DNA of 64,000 nucleotides, taken from positions 157,854,001-157,918,000 of the forward strand of contig NC_058368.1 of assembly GCF_018350175.1 (NCBI RefSeq). Reading direction: 5' to 3'. The DNA comes from Felis catus. Lineage: Eukaryota. Below, one piece after another: positions 37,663-48,985 of this stretch. Made by a program: the position numbers and the translations under genes. The notes beneath the pieces were generated by a model. The model saw only the letters and a list, made by a program, of their open reading frames with translations, was not told the DNA's origin and searched no databases. The stretch's first letter is position 1. Every line of letters begins with the position of its first letter.

Positions 37663-39231
37663 AAAAAAAATCAATCAATCAATCAAAGGCATCCTAATTG
37701 GTAAGGAAGATATAAAACTTTCACTATTTGCAGATGACATCATATTGCATATAGAAAACCCTAAGAATCCGCTAAAAAACTACTAGAACTAATAAATAAA
37801 TTCAATAAAGTCATAGGACACAAAATTAATATTCAGAAACTAGGTACATTTTTATACATTAATGATGAAAAAGCAGAAAGAGAAATTAAGAAAGCAATCC
37901 CACTTACAAGTGAACTAAAAAGAATAAAATACCTAAGAATAAACTTAACCAAGGAGGTGAAAGATCTAAAACACTGATGAAAGAAATTAAAGATGACGCA
38001 AATAAATGAAAGATGTTCCATACTCCTGGATTGGAAGAACCAATATTATTAAATTGTACAATATTATTAAATTGTACATACAAGTCAAAGCAATATGCAA
38101 ATTTAATTCAATCTCTATCAAAATACCAACAGCATTTTTCACAGAACTAGAACAAATAATCCTAAAATTTTTATGAAACCACAAAAGACCCCAAATAGTC
38201 AAAGCAATCTTGGAAAAGAAAAATAAAGCTGGAGGTATCACAGTCCCAGGTTTCAAGATATACTACAAAGCTGTGGTTATCAAAACAGTATGGTACTGAC
38301 ACAAAAATGACATAGATAATTAGAATAGAATAGAAAGCCTAGAAGATAAAGCCAGGCTTATATGGTCAATTAATCGATGACAAAGGAGGCAAGAAGATAC
38401 AATGGGAAAAAGACACTCTCTTCAACAAGTGATGCTGGGAAAACTGGACCACTTTCAATATCATACACAAAAATGAACTCAAAATGGCCGAAGGATCTAA
38501 ATGTGAGAAGTGAACTATAAAATTCCTGGAAGAAAACAGAGGCAGTAATCTCTTTGATACCAGCTGTAGCAAATTTTTCTAGATAGTCTCCTCAGGCAGG
38601 GGAAACAAAAGTCAAAATAAAAAGCTTTTGCATAGTGAAAGAAAGCATCAACAAAAGACAACCTACTAAGTGAGAGGAAGTATTTGCAAATGATATATCC
38701 AATAAGGGGTTAATATCCAAAATATATAAAGAATTTATAGAACACTGAAAAACCCACAAATAATCCAATTAAAAATGGGCAGAAGATCTGAATAGACATT
38801 TTCTCAATGAAGGAATACAAATGGCCAACAGAAATATGAAAAAATGATCATCACTCATTATCAGGGAAATGCAAATCAAAACCACAATGAGATATCACCA
38901 TGGACCTGTCAAAATGGCTAAAATAGAAAACACAAGAAATAGCAAGTATTGGCAAAAATGTAGAGAAAAGGAATTCTTTTGCATTGTTGGTGGAAATGCA
39001 AGCTGGTGTAGCCACTGTGGAACATATTATGAAGGTCCTTAAAAAATTAAAAATAGAATTACCATGTGATCCAGTAATTCCACTACTGGAATTTCTTTAT
39101 CCAAAGAAAATGAAAACACTCATTGGAAAAGTTATATGGACCCCTATGTTTATTCCAGCATTATTTACAATAGCCAAGATATGGAAGCAGCCTAAGTGTC
39201 CATCGGTAGATGGATGGGTAAAGAAATAGTA

Positions 39232-39447
39232 GGGGCACCTAGGTGGCTCAGTCAGTTAAGTGTCTGACTTCGGCTCAGGTCATGATCTCGTGGTTCATGA
39301 GTTTGAGCCTTGCATTGAGCCTTGTGCTGAGGGCTTGGAGCCTGGACCCTGCTTTGGATTCTGTGTCTCCCTCTCTCTCTGCCCCTCCCCTGCTCAGCTC
39401 TGTCTCTCTCTGTCTCTCAAAAATAAATAAATGTTAAAAAAAATTTT
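39232..39447 (+). mobile_element. Can-SINE nested in L1 3' region
   Basis: Perfect 12-bp TSD aagaaatagtag at 39221-39232 and 39448-39459. Confidence 0.95.
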
Positions 39448-39458
39448 AAGAAATAGTA

Positions 39459-39497
<39 letters not shown>

Positions 39498-39987
39498 CAG
39501 AATATTAGTCAACCATAAAAAAGAGTGAAATCTGGCTATTTGTAAAAACAGGGATGGACCTAGAGGGTATAATGCTAAATGAAATAAGTCAATCAGAGAA
39601 ACCATGTGATTTCAATCATATGTGGAATTTAGGAAAACAACTGAACAAAGAAAAAAAGAGACAAACAAAAAACCCCAGACTCTTAAATACAGAGAACAAA
39701 GTGGTAGTTGTCAGAGGGGAGGTGGGTGGGAGCATGGGTGAAATAAGTGAATGGGATTAAGAGTACACAGCATGATGAGCACTGAGCAATGGATAGAATT
39801 GTTGAATCATTATATTTTATACTTGAAACCAATATAACACTGTATATTAATTATACTTGAACAAAAAAATTTCTGAGGAGTGATTCAGCTGCACAGAATG
39901 AAGCGATAAAATAGTAATCATATAATCATGAATAGATTAATATTGACTCCAAAGTCTATGTACTAAAATAATAAATGTATACAGTTT

Positions 39988-40022
<35 letters not shown>

Positions 40023-40274
40023 TTTGAACTATCTCATTTTCCAAAGGACTAGGACACTATGGGTATATGACTATATTACAAGGACAAGTAAAATACTATT
40101 CTTGAATACATGAAGCAAAATTTTTTAGCTTATTCCATTTGTATGGCTTGGACAAAGTTGACTTTTTTTTTTCTACTTGTATGTTATGCATGATATTTCT
40201 GTTGTAAATATTTTGCTCAAAATATTTTAAATTTGCCTTGTGTTCAGAAAGGAGACCACTTTATTGGAGATAAT

Positions 40275-40500
40275 GTGCTTAGTGGAGTGAACATAGGTTT
40301 TGGAGTCAGGAATTTCAATGCTGGCTTTACTAAATATTATTGGGTAAGTTATTTAACCTTTCCAACTCTGAGATTTCACATGTAAAAATTAGAAATAATG
40401 CACAATTTTCAGTTCTTTGGGGGAGACAAATGAAATGAAAAAAATGTGCCTAGTATAGTGCTTAACATGCAAGTGATTTATTTTATTATTGTTCCTATTC
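40275..40500 (+). mobile_element. MIR SINE
   Basis: ggttttggagtcag…gggtaagttatttaacctttc…gtgcctagtatagtgcttaa. Confidence 0.75.
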
Positions 40501-40502
40501 TT

Positions 40503-40714
40503 TAAAAAAAAAAATGTTTCAACATTTTTATTCAGAGAGAGAGAGAACACCAGCAGGGGAGGGGCAGAGAGAGAGAGGGAGACACAGAATCCAAAGCAGG
40601 CTCCAGGCTCAGAGCTGTCAGCACAGAGCCCAACACAGGGCTCAAACCCACAGACCGTGAGATCATGACCTGAGCCACTCAGATGCCTAACAGACTGAGC
40701 CACCCAGGAACCCC
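40503..40714 (-). mobile_element. Can-SINE
   Basis: TSD attgttScctattctt-like (attgttcctattctt 40488-40502 / attgttgctattctt 40716-40730). Confidence 0.93.
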
Positions 40715-41131
40715 AATTGTTGCTATTCTTAATAGAAGAGTCTACTACATAATTTTGTTTAAAACCTTCTTTGAAGACTTTTTTTAAAAAATTGAGCTGA
40801 CTAAATGTAGTGGCCAAATGGATTAAGTTACCAAATTGTTTTGTTTTATGTAGATAAAATTAAGCTTTCATTGTGCTGTTTGTGTTTTACCTACCTTTCC
40901 ACAGTTATACGCAGGCTTGGGGGCCTTACGCAATACCAGGGCACAGATGTGGGAGTAGAAAAATTCTCTTTTAGTTATTGGTAAACACCAGTTGCTGCTG
41001 GTAATTCTCTGGACAGAGATCAGGAAAAACTCCATTCTCCTTGCCGGGTCCTAAGTTAGTTGACTATTTTCATAAAGCAGTGAGTGGAAGGTTAGGATTT
41101 TAGGAAACGGATATTAATCAGAACAGTTTTG

Positions 41132-41396
41132 TTCTGGGGTTTTTTGTTTCTTTCTTTCTTGGTGTTTTTTTTTAATTTTTTGTGTGTGTACTTTTGTTTG
41201 TTTTTGTTTTTGTTTTTTTTGAGAGAGAGAGAGAAGAGTGAATGGGGAAGAGGGGCAGAGAGAGAGAGAAAATCTCAATCAGGCTCCATGCTCAGTGCAG
41301 AGCCCAATGTGGTGCTTGATCCCACAACCCCATGATCATGACCTGAGTGGAGACCAAGAGTCAGTTGCTCAATCAACTGAGCCACCTAGGTGCCCC
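41132..41396 (-). mobile_element. Older Can-SINE with long degenerate T/G tail
   Basis: gatcatgacctgagtggagaccaagagtcag…gagccacctaggtgcccc; TSD aatcagaa at 41117 and 41397. Confidence 0.88.
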
Positions 41397-41782
41397 AATC
41401 AGAAGAATTTTTATAGCAATGCCTCTTTTATTTTCTACTGAAAATAAAATTAAAATCAGATATATCCATACTGGTTTTTCAGTGCTTTACTGATGAGGTT
41501 TCATGATTTATTTATTTTTTTTTGGTCTAAGCAACAAAGATGAAGATTTCTATATCCACATGATATGGGTATGATAGCCTTTGGGAAATGGACAAAAAAG
41601 TTCATTCAGAGTTAAGTTCAAAAAACACAACCTATACACTGCTTCCTTTTCACAGTGAGGTGAACTCCTTTTCTCTTTTATATCTGAGATGATTGACAGG
41701 GATGACATTTATTAAAATGTTTTTTTTTCATTTGGGTCAAACATCCTTTATTATGTAGTGGAAATATTACAAAGCAGCAAGC

Positions 41783-42260
41783 TGTGATAGTCAACCTTCA
41801 AGGTGGTGTCTAATGAGCCATACCCTCTGGTATTCTTGATCCTATGTGATCTCCTCCCATAATCAGTAGGCTTGACCTGTGTAACCCATAGGATCTTGAG
41901 GGAGTTACAATGTACAGTTTCTGAAGCTTGGTCATAAAAGACATTGTGGCTTCTGCTTTGCCTTCTCTTCAACCTCTCTCCTGAGGGAAGCCAGCCACCA
42001 TGTTATGAGAACCCTCAAGCAACTCTGTGGAGAAGAGGAATTGAGGCCAATTGTTAACAGCAAAGGTGCACTTGCTAGTCATGTTAGTGAACCATCTTGG
42101 AAGTGGGATCTTTCAAACATAGTTGAGCCAAAATGACATAACCAAGACACTCTGATATTCTTGACCTACAGAAACCATGCAAGATAATAAATAATTTCTA
42201 TAATTTTAAGCCATTAAGTCTGGGGATAATTTGTTATTGCAGCAGTGGCTACCTAATACA
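41783..42260 (+). mobile_element. MLT1F-like solo LTR (ERVL-MaLR), complete
   Basis: TGTGATAG…ggtcataaaagacattgtggcttctgc…gggaagccagccaccatgtt…taagccattaagtctggggataatttgtta…TAATACA; perfect 5-bp TSD caagc (41778-41782, 42261-42265). Confidence 0.9.
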
Positions 42261-42886
42261 CAAGCATATAAAAATTCTTATGAATAGATGTAAAGGCTTT
42301 GTCTAATGATAATCTTTGTCTAATAATCCTTTTTGTTTCTTCCCTGGGTAATATATACAGATTATCTTTTGGGAATGGAATGGCTCAAGTTTTGTGGTCC
42401 TGCACTCTTTAAATGACAGTCCATCTTTGCCAAGTTCATTTTTTTCTCCAGAAGACAGATTTAGCACATGTCAAATGACCAAGAGTTTTAGTCAGCTGAG
42501 TCAAGACAGTATAAAATTCTATGTGTGTCCATGTTGCTCTCTTAGCTTCTCCATCTCTTTCTCTTACTTCTGTGCTAGTGTTGGTGGAGATGAGTGAGTG
42601 GGGCACAGGAAAATTTTTGCTGTTTTTGTGCCAAGCCTTGGGATAAGGAAGCACTAGAGACTCTGGGTTTCTGTATTCTCATCTTAAACTCATTACAGTT
42701 ATGCCTTCTCTCCAAGGACCCATCGGGTCTTCCTTATAGGACTTTCCAAAATGTCTCCTATTGTCTCTCTCTTGTCTGTATTTGTGTGGTAGAGGTGGTA
42801 GGTGGAGGTGGTAGGTATGGAATTTTTCTTTCTTATTTTTTCTGAGTATTTTGTCTCTACTCCAGATATTATCCATTTAAGTTCTT

Positions 42887-42917
42887 TTTTTTATTTTTAA
42901 AGTTTATTTATTTTGAA

Positions 42918-42968
<51 letters not shown>

Positions 42969-43152
42969 GAGAGTGCACATGCATGCACAAGCGAGGGAGG
43001 GGCAGAGAAAGGGGGAGAGAGAGAATCCCAAGTAGGCTCTGTGCTATCAGTGCAGAGCCTGAGGTGGGACTTCAATTCATGAACCATGAGATCACAACCT
43101 GAGCCAAAATCAAGAGTTGGACACTCAACTGAGTGAGCACCCCCAAAGCCCC
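42887..43152 (-). mobile_element. Can-SINE with expanded (GA)n
   Basis: TSD catttaaRttctt at 42874-42886 and 43157-43169. Confidence 0.9.
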
Positions 43153-43959
43153 AGTTCATTTAAATTCTTAAGTACTTGAAAACTATAGCCAGCAAGACTC
43201 TTAGACTTCTCTGTTTTTGCTTTGTTTTATCCTGCCTCTCAGTCATATTCTTTGAATGAAGGGAGGAAGAGTTGGAGGAAATGCTCGGAGAAAAAAAGAA
43301 TGCATGTTAATATCTCAAAAATACTATGCCAACACACTTCTGACAATTCATACTGGGGTTTCAAGTTTTACCCAGATTTTTCCCTAAAATTATATGTGAA
43401 TAAAAGTTATCTGAAGGTGGGAGTAAACACAGAGAATTAAATTTAATAACAGCTGAGATGCTTCTATGGATCCTATGTGTTTTAGAAAATGTGAAACATC
43501 CACTCTTAGGACTGCCACAAATAAAAAAGTTTGGCAGTAGTATAACTTAGATACATTTTAATATGACAGTAACTATTGAATTCCTTTAGACATTTCACAA
43601 ATGTAGGAAAACTAGTTCTTAGTGCTATGTGTTGAATTTGCAGACCAGTGATCTTATGCATACATATTACACAGAGAGTTATTAAAAATGCAGGTGCTCA
43701 AGCTCCACCCCAGCAATCCTGATTCAGACTGAATTGCCTGTTTCTTTTATGGGTGTGGTCACTTTTATTCCTCAAGTTGTGTATTCATCTATTGACTGAT
43801 AGGCTAATGTCTCACAAGATAATTATGTTGAGTTTAGAATTCATAAAGGAAGGAGAAAGTGATTATTAAGTGAAAATTTTGTCTTCTAGTAGTTTGTACA
43901 GCTCTAAACAATGTACAAAATACTGTCAAAGAACAGTCAACACAGAGGAAGTGGGGCCA

Positions 43960-44128
43960 AGGAGTGGAGAAAATCACGCAGGATTCTGATGATACCAGCT
44001 ATTTGCTTAATGCTAGTATACCCTTGGACTATTCAGTTGCATGAAACAATAGATTCCTTTTTTTTTTTAATTAAGCTACTTTGAATTGGGTTTTCTTACA
44101 TCTTAACTAAAAGAATATCAACTAATAA
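43960..44128 (+). mobile_element. Old MLT1 LTR 3' fragment
   Basis: cccttggactattcagttgcatgaaacaatagattcc…taagctactttgaattgggttttc…aactaata. Confidence 0.6.
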
Positions 44129-44785
44129 CAATTCTCCACAAATGGTTGTTGAATATATGTTTGAATGAAAGATTGAAGTGTACATGGGGAGAGGGTATTA
44201 AAATAGCCAACTCCTCCTGATACTCTTCTTTGGTTAGGAGACATCATTTTCTGTAGCACAGTTCCAGTGGTTACCATTTACATGGAACATAATATTAATG
44301 GTGCTCCCCAGGATGTGGGCAACAGGGAAGCCCTGAGGAAAGATGATTGTGGGCTGAAGAAGAATCTGTGGTTCTTAGTGCTGCATCATTTATACCCTGG
44401 AGTCCCATTTCCTGAAAGTGGGCAGACCACGTTCTCTATGTTACCTTGTATTGTGGATCCATTACTCTTAAGGACTTCCATACAGTTTCTTCTTCTCCTT
44501 ACAGAGAACGCCAGAAACATTTAATATTGCTGTGCTAAATAGTATTTAGAATATGTGTAGTTCTTAAGCTTATGCCTCATTATCATATACTTACACATAA
44601 TTACTATTTTTATTGTAAGTTTTATTCTATTAAAGTATTCATTTTACTGAATCAACTCATGGTGACTCAGGCTTTATAATTTATTATTCTACAAAATGTT
44701 CAAGTGATTACAACTTTAAAAAAAAATTGGGGGAATTTTCTTGCTCTATACCCATGGATTGACTTGAGTTAAATCTTTCCTACTG

Positions 44786-44786
<1 letters not shown>

Positions 44787-44822
<36 letters not shown>

Positions 44823-44842
44823 CGCGCATGCATGCATGCATG
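44787..44842. repeat. (TG)14(CG)6(CATG)4 alternating purine-pyrimidine tract
   Basis: 56 bp of uninterrupted alternation. Confidence 0.95.
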
Positions 44843-46492
44843 TTTTTCATCTGTATATACAGCTCCTTTATATATTCACTCACTTGGTAGTTTGAAGAAA
44901 CACAAGAAAGAGAGCATGGAGAAGAAAACTAATCTCTTGTTCCCATTTTAAAAATTTAGCAGTATGCTTCCTCAATAGAGCTCACCTCAGGGATTATTTT
45001 AGTTTTCTCCTGAAATTCTGTGAACTCTATTGCATTAAGTTTTTAAGTGACTCTTTTTGTTCAACTGACATAAGTACAGCTGAACCAGTTCTCACTGTAT
45101 TTCCCAGGAAGTTGAGAAAAATCTGATTTGTTTTTCCCTATCCGTAGAGAAGGAACATATATTGCTATGAACAAAAGGAAATTGCCAGTCTCTGAAAATT
45201 TCCCTTTGCAGAGTCTAATAGAATAATATGCAAGCATTTTTGTTGAGTGCTGAAAATATTTTGTCTTGCAATATTTTTGCAAGTGGCCAAACCTAAGTAA
45301 TATGTTCCACACACTTTGTCATTAAAAGCAAAACTAAGTCATCAGTCAAAATTGCCAGTTTTACATTGAACATTTCTAGCCACCAGGCTTTGCAAGGGTC
45401 ACCTTACTCTACATGATAGAGGAAGGTAAACACTTCTATGTAGCATCCAGCATAGATACCTTCTTGCCTGGACTCATTTTCATGCCTATGTCAAAATGTT
45501 TCAATTCCATAACTTTTCCTTAAGTTTTCAGAAATAGAGGGAGAGCAAGGCATAAAATATTTATCTGCTTATGACACCTGGTCAAAGCTGCTGGACATGT
45601 GAGCATCCCCAGAAGAAAGCTTCATCAGTTAATAAGGAAACATTCTCCAATGTTATGTTTCTCTATTTGTGGAACATTCACTGTTAAGTGAAAAGATACT
45701 TCCTGATGTCAGTTACTATGTTGAATACTGAAGCAAGTAAACTATAGATAGAAATCTCCAATAATAGACTCAAATGAATAATGGAGGTGATAGATAGACA
45801 GGCAGATAGATATAGACAGATAGATAATTTTGTTTTCAGGAAGAAAAACATTTGTCATCTTGAATAGCCACATTTAACATAATAGTGCTTTTTATATCTC
45901 TCTTCTGAATGGTATGCCCACCGTGAAGATGTAGTAAAAATGAACTACTGCTTTGGTGCCTGAGTAGGATCAACTGATTTTGGAAGAGGGCCATGCTGGA
46001 CTTTGGCAGTGATGGAAGAGTAGTATTACAATACAATATTTTGAACCAATGGGCCCTTGGTGTTGTTACCCAATTATTTCATAAGTATGATTTGATAATG
46101 ACACTGACAATGGCAAAGAAAAGTATATCATTAATTTGAAGACAAGACTTCTAGTTCCCAAAGTAAAACAGGAACACACTCTAAAAGCCCAGAAGAAATT
46201 TGGAACTAATAGTCAGGGGTTAGTCCCTTATCATCTCACAGAATCAGGGTGTATCAAATCTTTACTAATGTAGTCATTTCTGAATATTTTAATCTAGGGA
46301 ACCAAAATATGCTAATATCAAGCTAAGTGATTCATTCAGCTAAGGATTATTCCTTTCAGACAACATAATGAGCTTTTATTTACAGTTTCTCCTATTTGTA
46401 AAAAATAATGGAAATTGGGGAAAAAGTATTAATGAAATCAGAGCAATATAAAAAGTCTCAGAAAAAATGTCACATAATGCAGATGTTAATTA

Positions 46493-46710
46493 AAAAAACT
46501 TTTTTAATTAGTTTTCTTTATTTTTGAGAGGCAGAGAGAGAAAGAGCACGAGTGGGAGGAGAGAGAGAGAGGAGAACACAGAATCAGAAGCAGGCTCCAG
46601 GCTCTGAGCTGTCAGCACAGAGCCTGATGTGGGGCCTGAACTCACAAACCGGGAGATCATGACCTGAGCTGAAGTCGGATGCTCAAATGACTGAGCCACC
46701 CAGGCGCCCC
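46493..46710 (-). mobile_element. Felid Can-SINE
   Basis: Perfect TSD gcagatgttaatta at 46479-46492 and 46713-46726. Confidence 0.95.
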
Positions 46711-46752
46711 AAGCAGATGTTAATTATAAAATATTAAAAGTGGAAAAGATAC

Positions 46753-46856
46753 AGGATGCCTAGGTGGTTCACTCAGTTGAACATCCAACTCCTGATTTCG
46801 TCTCAGGTCATGATATTCTCTCTCCCTCTGCCCTTCCCCACCCTCAAAAAAAAAAA
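46753..46856 (+). mobile_element. Internally deleted Can-SINE (~100 bp, lacks B-box)
   Basis: Head …ctcaggtcatgat joined directly to attctctctccctctgccc…A-tail; TSD tggaaaagata at 46741-46751 and 46857-46867. Confidence 0.85.
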
Positions 46857-47390
46857 TGGAAAAGATATATAAAACTATATGTGAAGTAAGATATCTGTTT
46901 TGTATACAATAAAGCATCTCATATAAACCACACACACAGAGAATAAAATGGTTGAAAGGCTGTAAGCATTAACAGTGAAGTCTAAGTAGTGGCATTATTG
47001 AAGATTTTAAAACTCTTATTTGTCCTTTGTATTTTTCACATTTTCTACCAAGAAGAGTTGTTACTTTTTTAATTAGAGGGAAAATAAATGCTATAAAATA
47101 TCTAAAGACTTACACAAAATTTTAGAATAATATTTCCTTTTTAAGAGAAGCCATGTTGTTTTAAGAATAAAACTACCCAACATACAAAGCTCTAATTGAA
47201 TTGCAGATTCCACATTACAGCATTTTCTTCTACAAGGCTTGCTACATTTTCTGGTTTGGTTAGATCCTTTTTTATTTCTCCATAACAAAATTTTCTACTT
47301 GTAGCAATACAGTATCTCTGCCTATGCTGGTACCTTCCACTCTTCTCCCTGAAAATCCATGTCTATAAAATCCCTTTTAAAATGTATCAG

Positions 47391-48985
47391 GACATAGATC
47401 AATGGAACAGAGTAGAGAACCCAGAAATGGACCCAAGATGTATGGCCAACTAATCTTCGACAAAGCAGGAAAGAATATCCAATGGGAAAAAGTCTCTTCC
47501 AGTAAATGGTATTGGGAAAACTGGTTTCCAAACCAATGGAAATGGAACTGGACCACTTTCTTATTCCATACACAAAAATAAACTCAAAATGGATGAAATA
47601 CCTAATGTGAGACAAGAAACCATTAAAATCCTAGAGGAGAACACAGACAGAAACCTCTTTGACTGGTGGCTAGAGCAACTTCTTACCAGAAATGTCTCCT
47701 GAGGCAAGGAAAACAAAAGCAAACATTAACTATTGGGACTTCATCAAGATAAAAAAACTTCTGCACAGTGAAAGAAACAACCAACAAAACTAAAAGGCAA
47801 CCGATGGAATGAGAGAAGATATTTGCAAATGACATATCAGATAAAGGGTTAGTATCCAAAATCTATAAAGAATTTATCAAACTCAGTACCCCCAAAACCA
47901 AATTATCCAGTTAAGAAATGGGCAGAAGATGTGAATAGACACTTTTTCAAAGAAGACATCCAGATGGCTAACAGACGTATGAAAAGATGCTCAACATCAC
48001 TCATCATCAGGGAAATACAAATCAAAACCACAATGAAATAACACCTCACACCTGTCAGAATGGCTAAAATTAACAACTCAAGAGACAACAGATATTGGTG
48101 AGGCTGCGAAGAAAGGAGAACACTTTTGCACTGTTGGTGAGAATGCAAACTGGTACAGCCACTCTGGAAAACAGTATGGAGATTGATCAAAAAGTTAGAA
48201 ATAGGACTATCCTATGACCCAGCAATTGCACTACTGGGTATTTATCCAAAGGATACAAAAATGCTGATTCGAAGGGAAACATGCACCTCAATGTTTATAG
48301 CAGTGCTATCTACAATAGCCAAATTATGGAAAGAGCTCAAATGTCCATTTACTGATTAATGGATAAGACAATGTGTATACACACACACACACACACATAC
48401 ACACACACACACTTGTGTATGTATACACACACACACACATACACACACACACACAAGTGTGTGTGTGTGTATGTGTGTGTGTATATACACACATTTGCTT
48501 ATCCATATATATATGTTTACACACACACACATACACACACACAATGGAATATTACGTGGTGACCAAAAAGAATGAAATCTTGCCATTTTCAGCAATGTAG
48601 ATAGAACTAAAGTGTATTATGCTAAGCAAAATAAGTCAGTTAGAGAAAGACAAATATCATATTTCACTCATAAGTGGAATTTAAGATACAAAACAAATGA
48701 ACATAGGGGAAGGAAAAGAAAAATAAGATAAAAACAGAGTAGGAGGCAAACCATAATAGACTCTTAAATACAGAGAACAAACTGAGGATTGTTGGAGGGG
48801 CGGTGGGCGGAGGGATAGATTAAATGGGTGATGAGCATTAAGGAGGGCACTTTTTGGGATGAGCACTGGGTGTTATTTGTAAGAGATAAATCACTAAATT
48901 CTACTCCTGAAACCAATACTACACTATATGTTAACTAACTTGAATTTAAATTTTAAAAAAAGATGAGAAAAAAATTTTTTAAAAA
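47391..48985 (+). mobile_element. 5'-truncated carnivore L1 (ORF2 C-terminus and 3' UTR)
   Basis: gacatagatcaatggaacagagtagagaacccagaaat…atatgttaactaacttgaattt plus A-rich tail; short TSD taaaatgt (47378, 48986). Confidence 0.95.

Larger units (their letters stand above)
36850..39866 (+). mobile_element. 5'-truncated carnivore L1 (degenerate ORF2 RT to 3' end) hosting three nested insertions
   Basis: NYRPISLLNI…DQVGFIP and LFADD RT motifs with stops and frameshifts; TSD aaaaatttctgag(tg/ga)gtga at 36828-36846 and 39865-39883. Confidence 0.95.
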
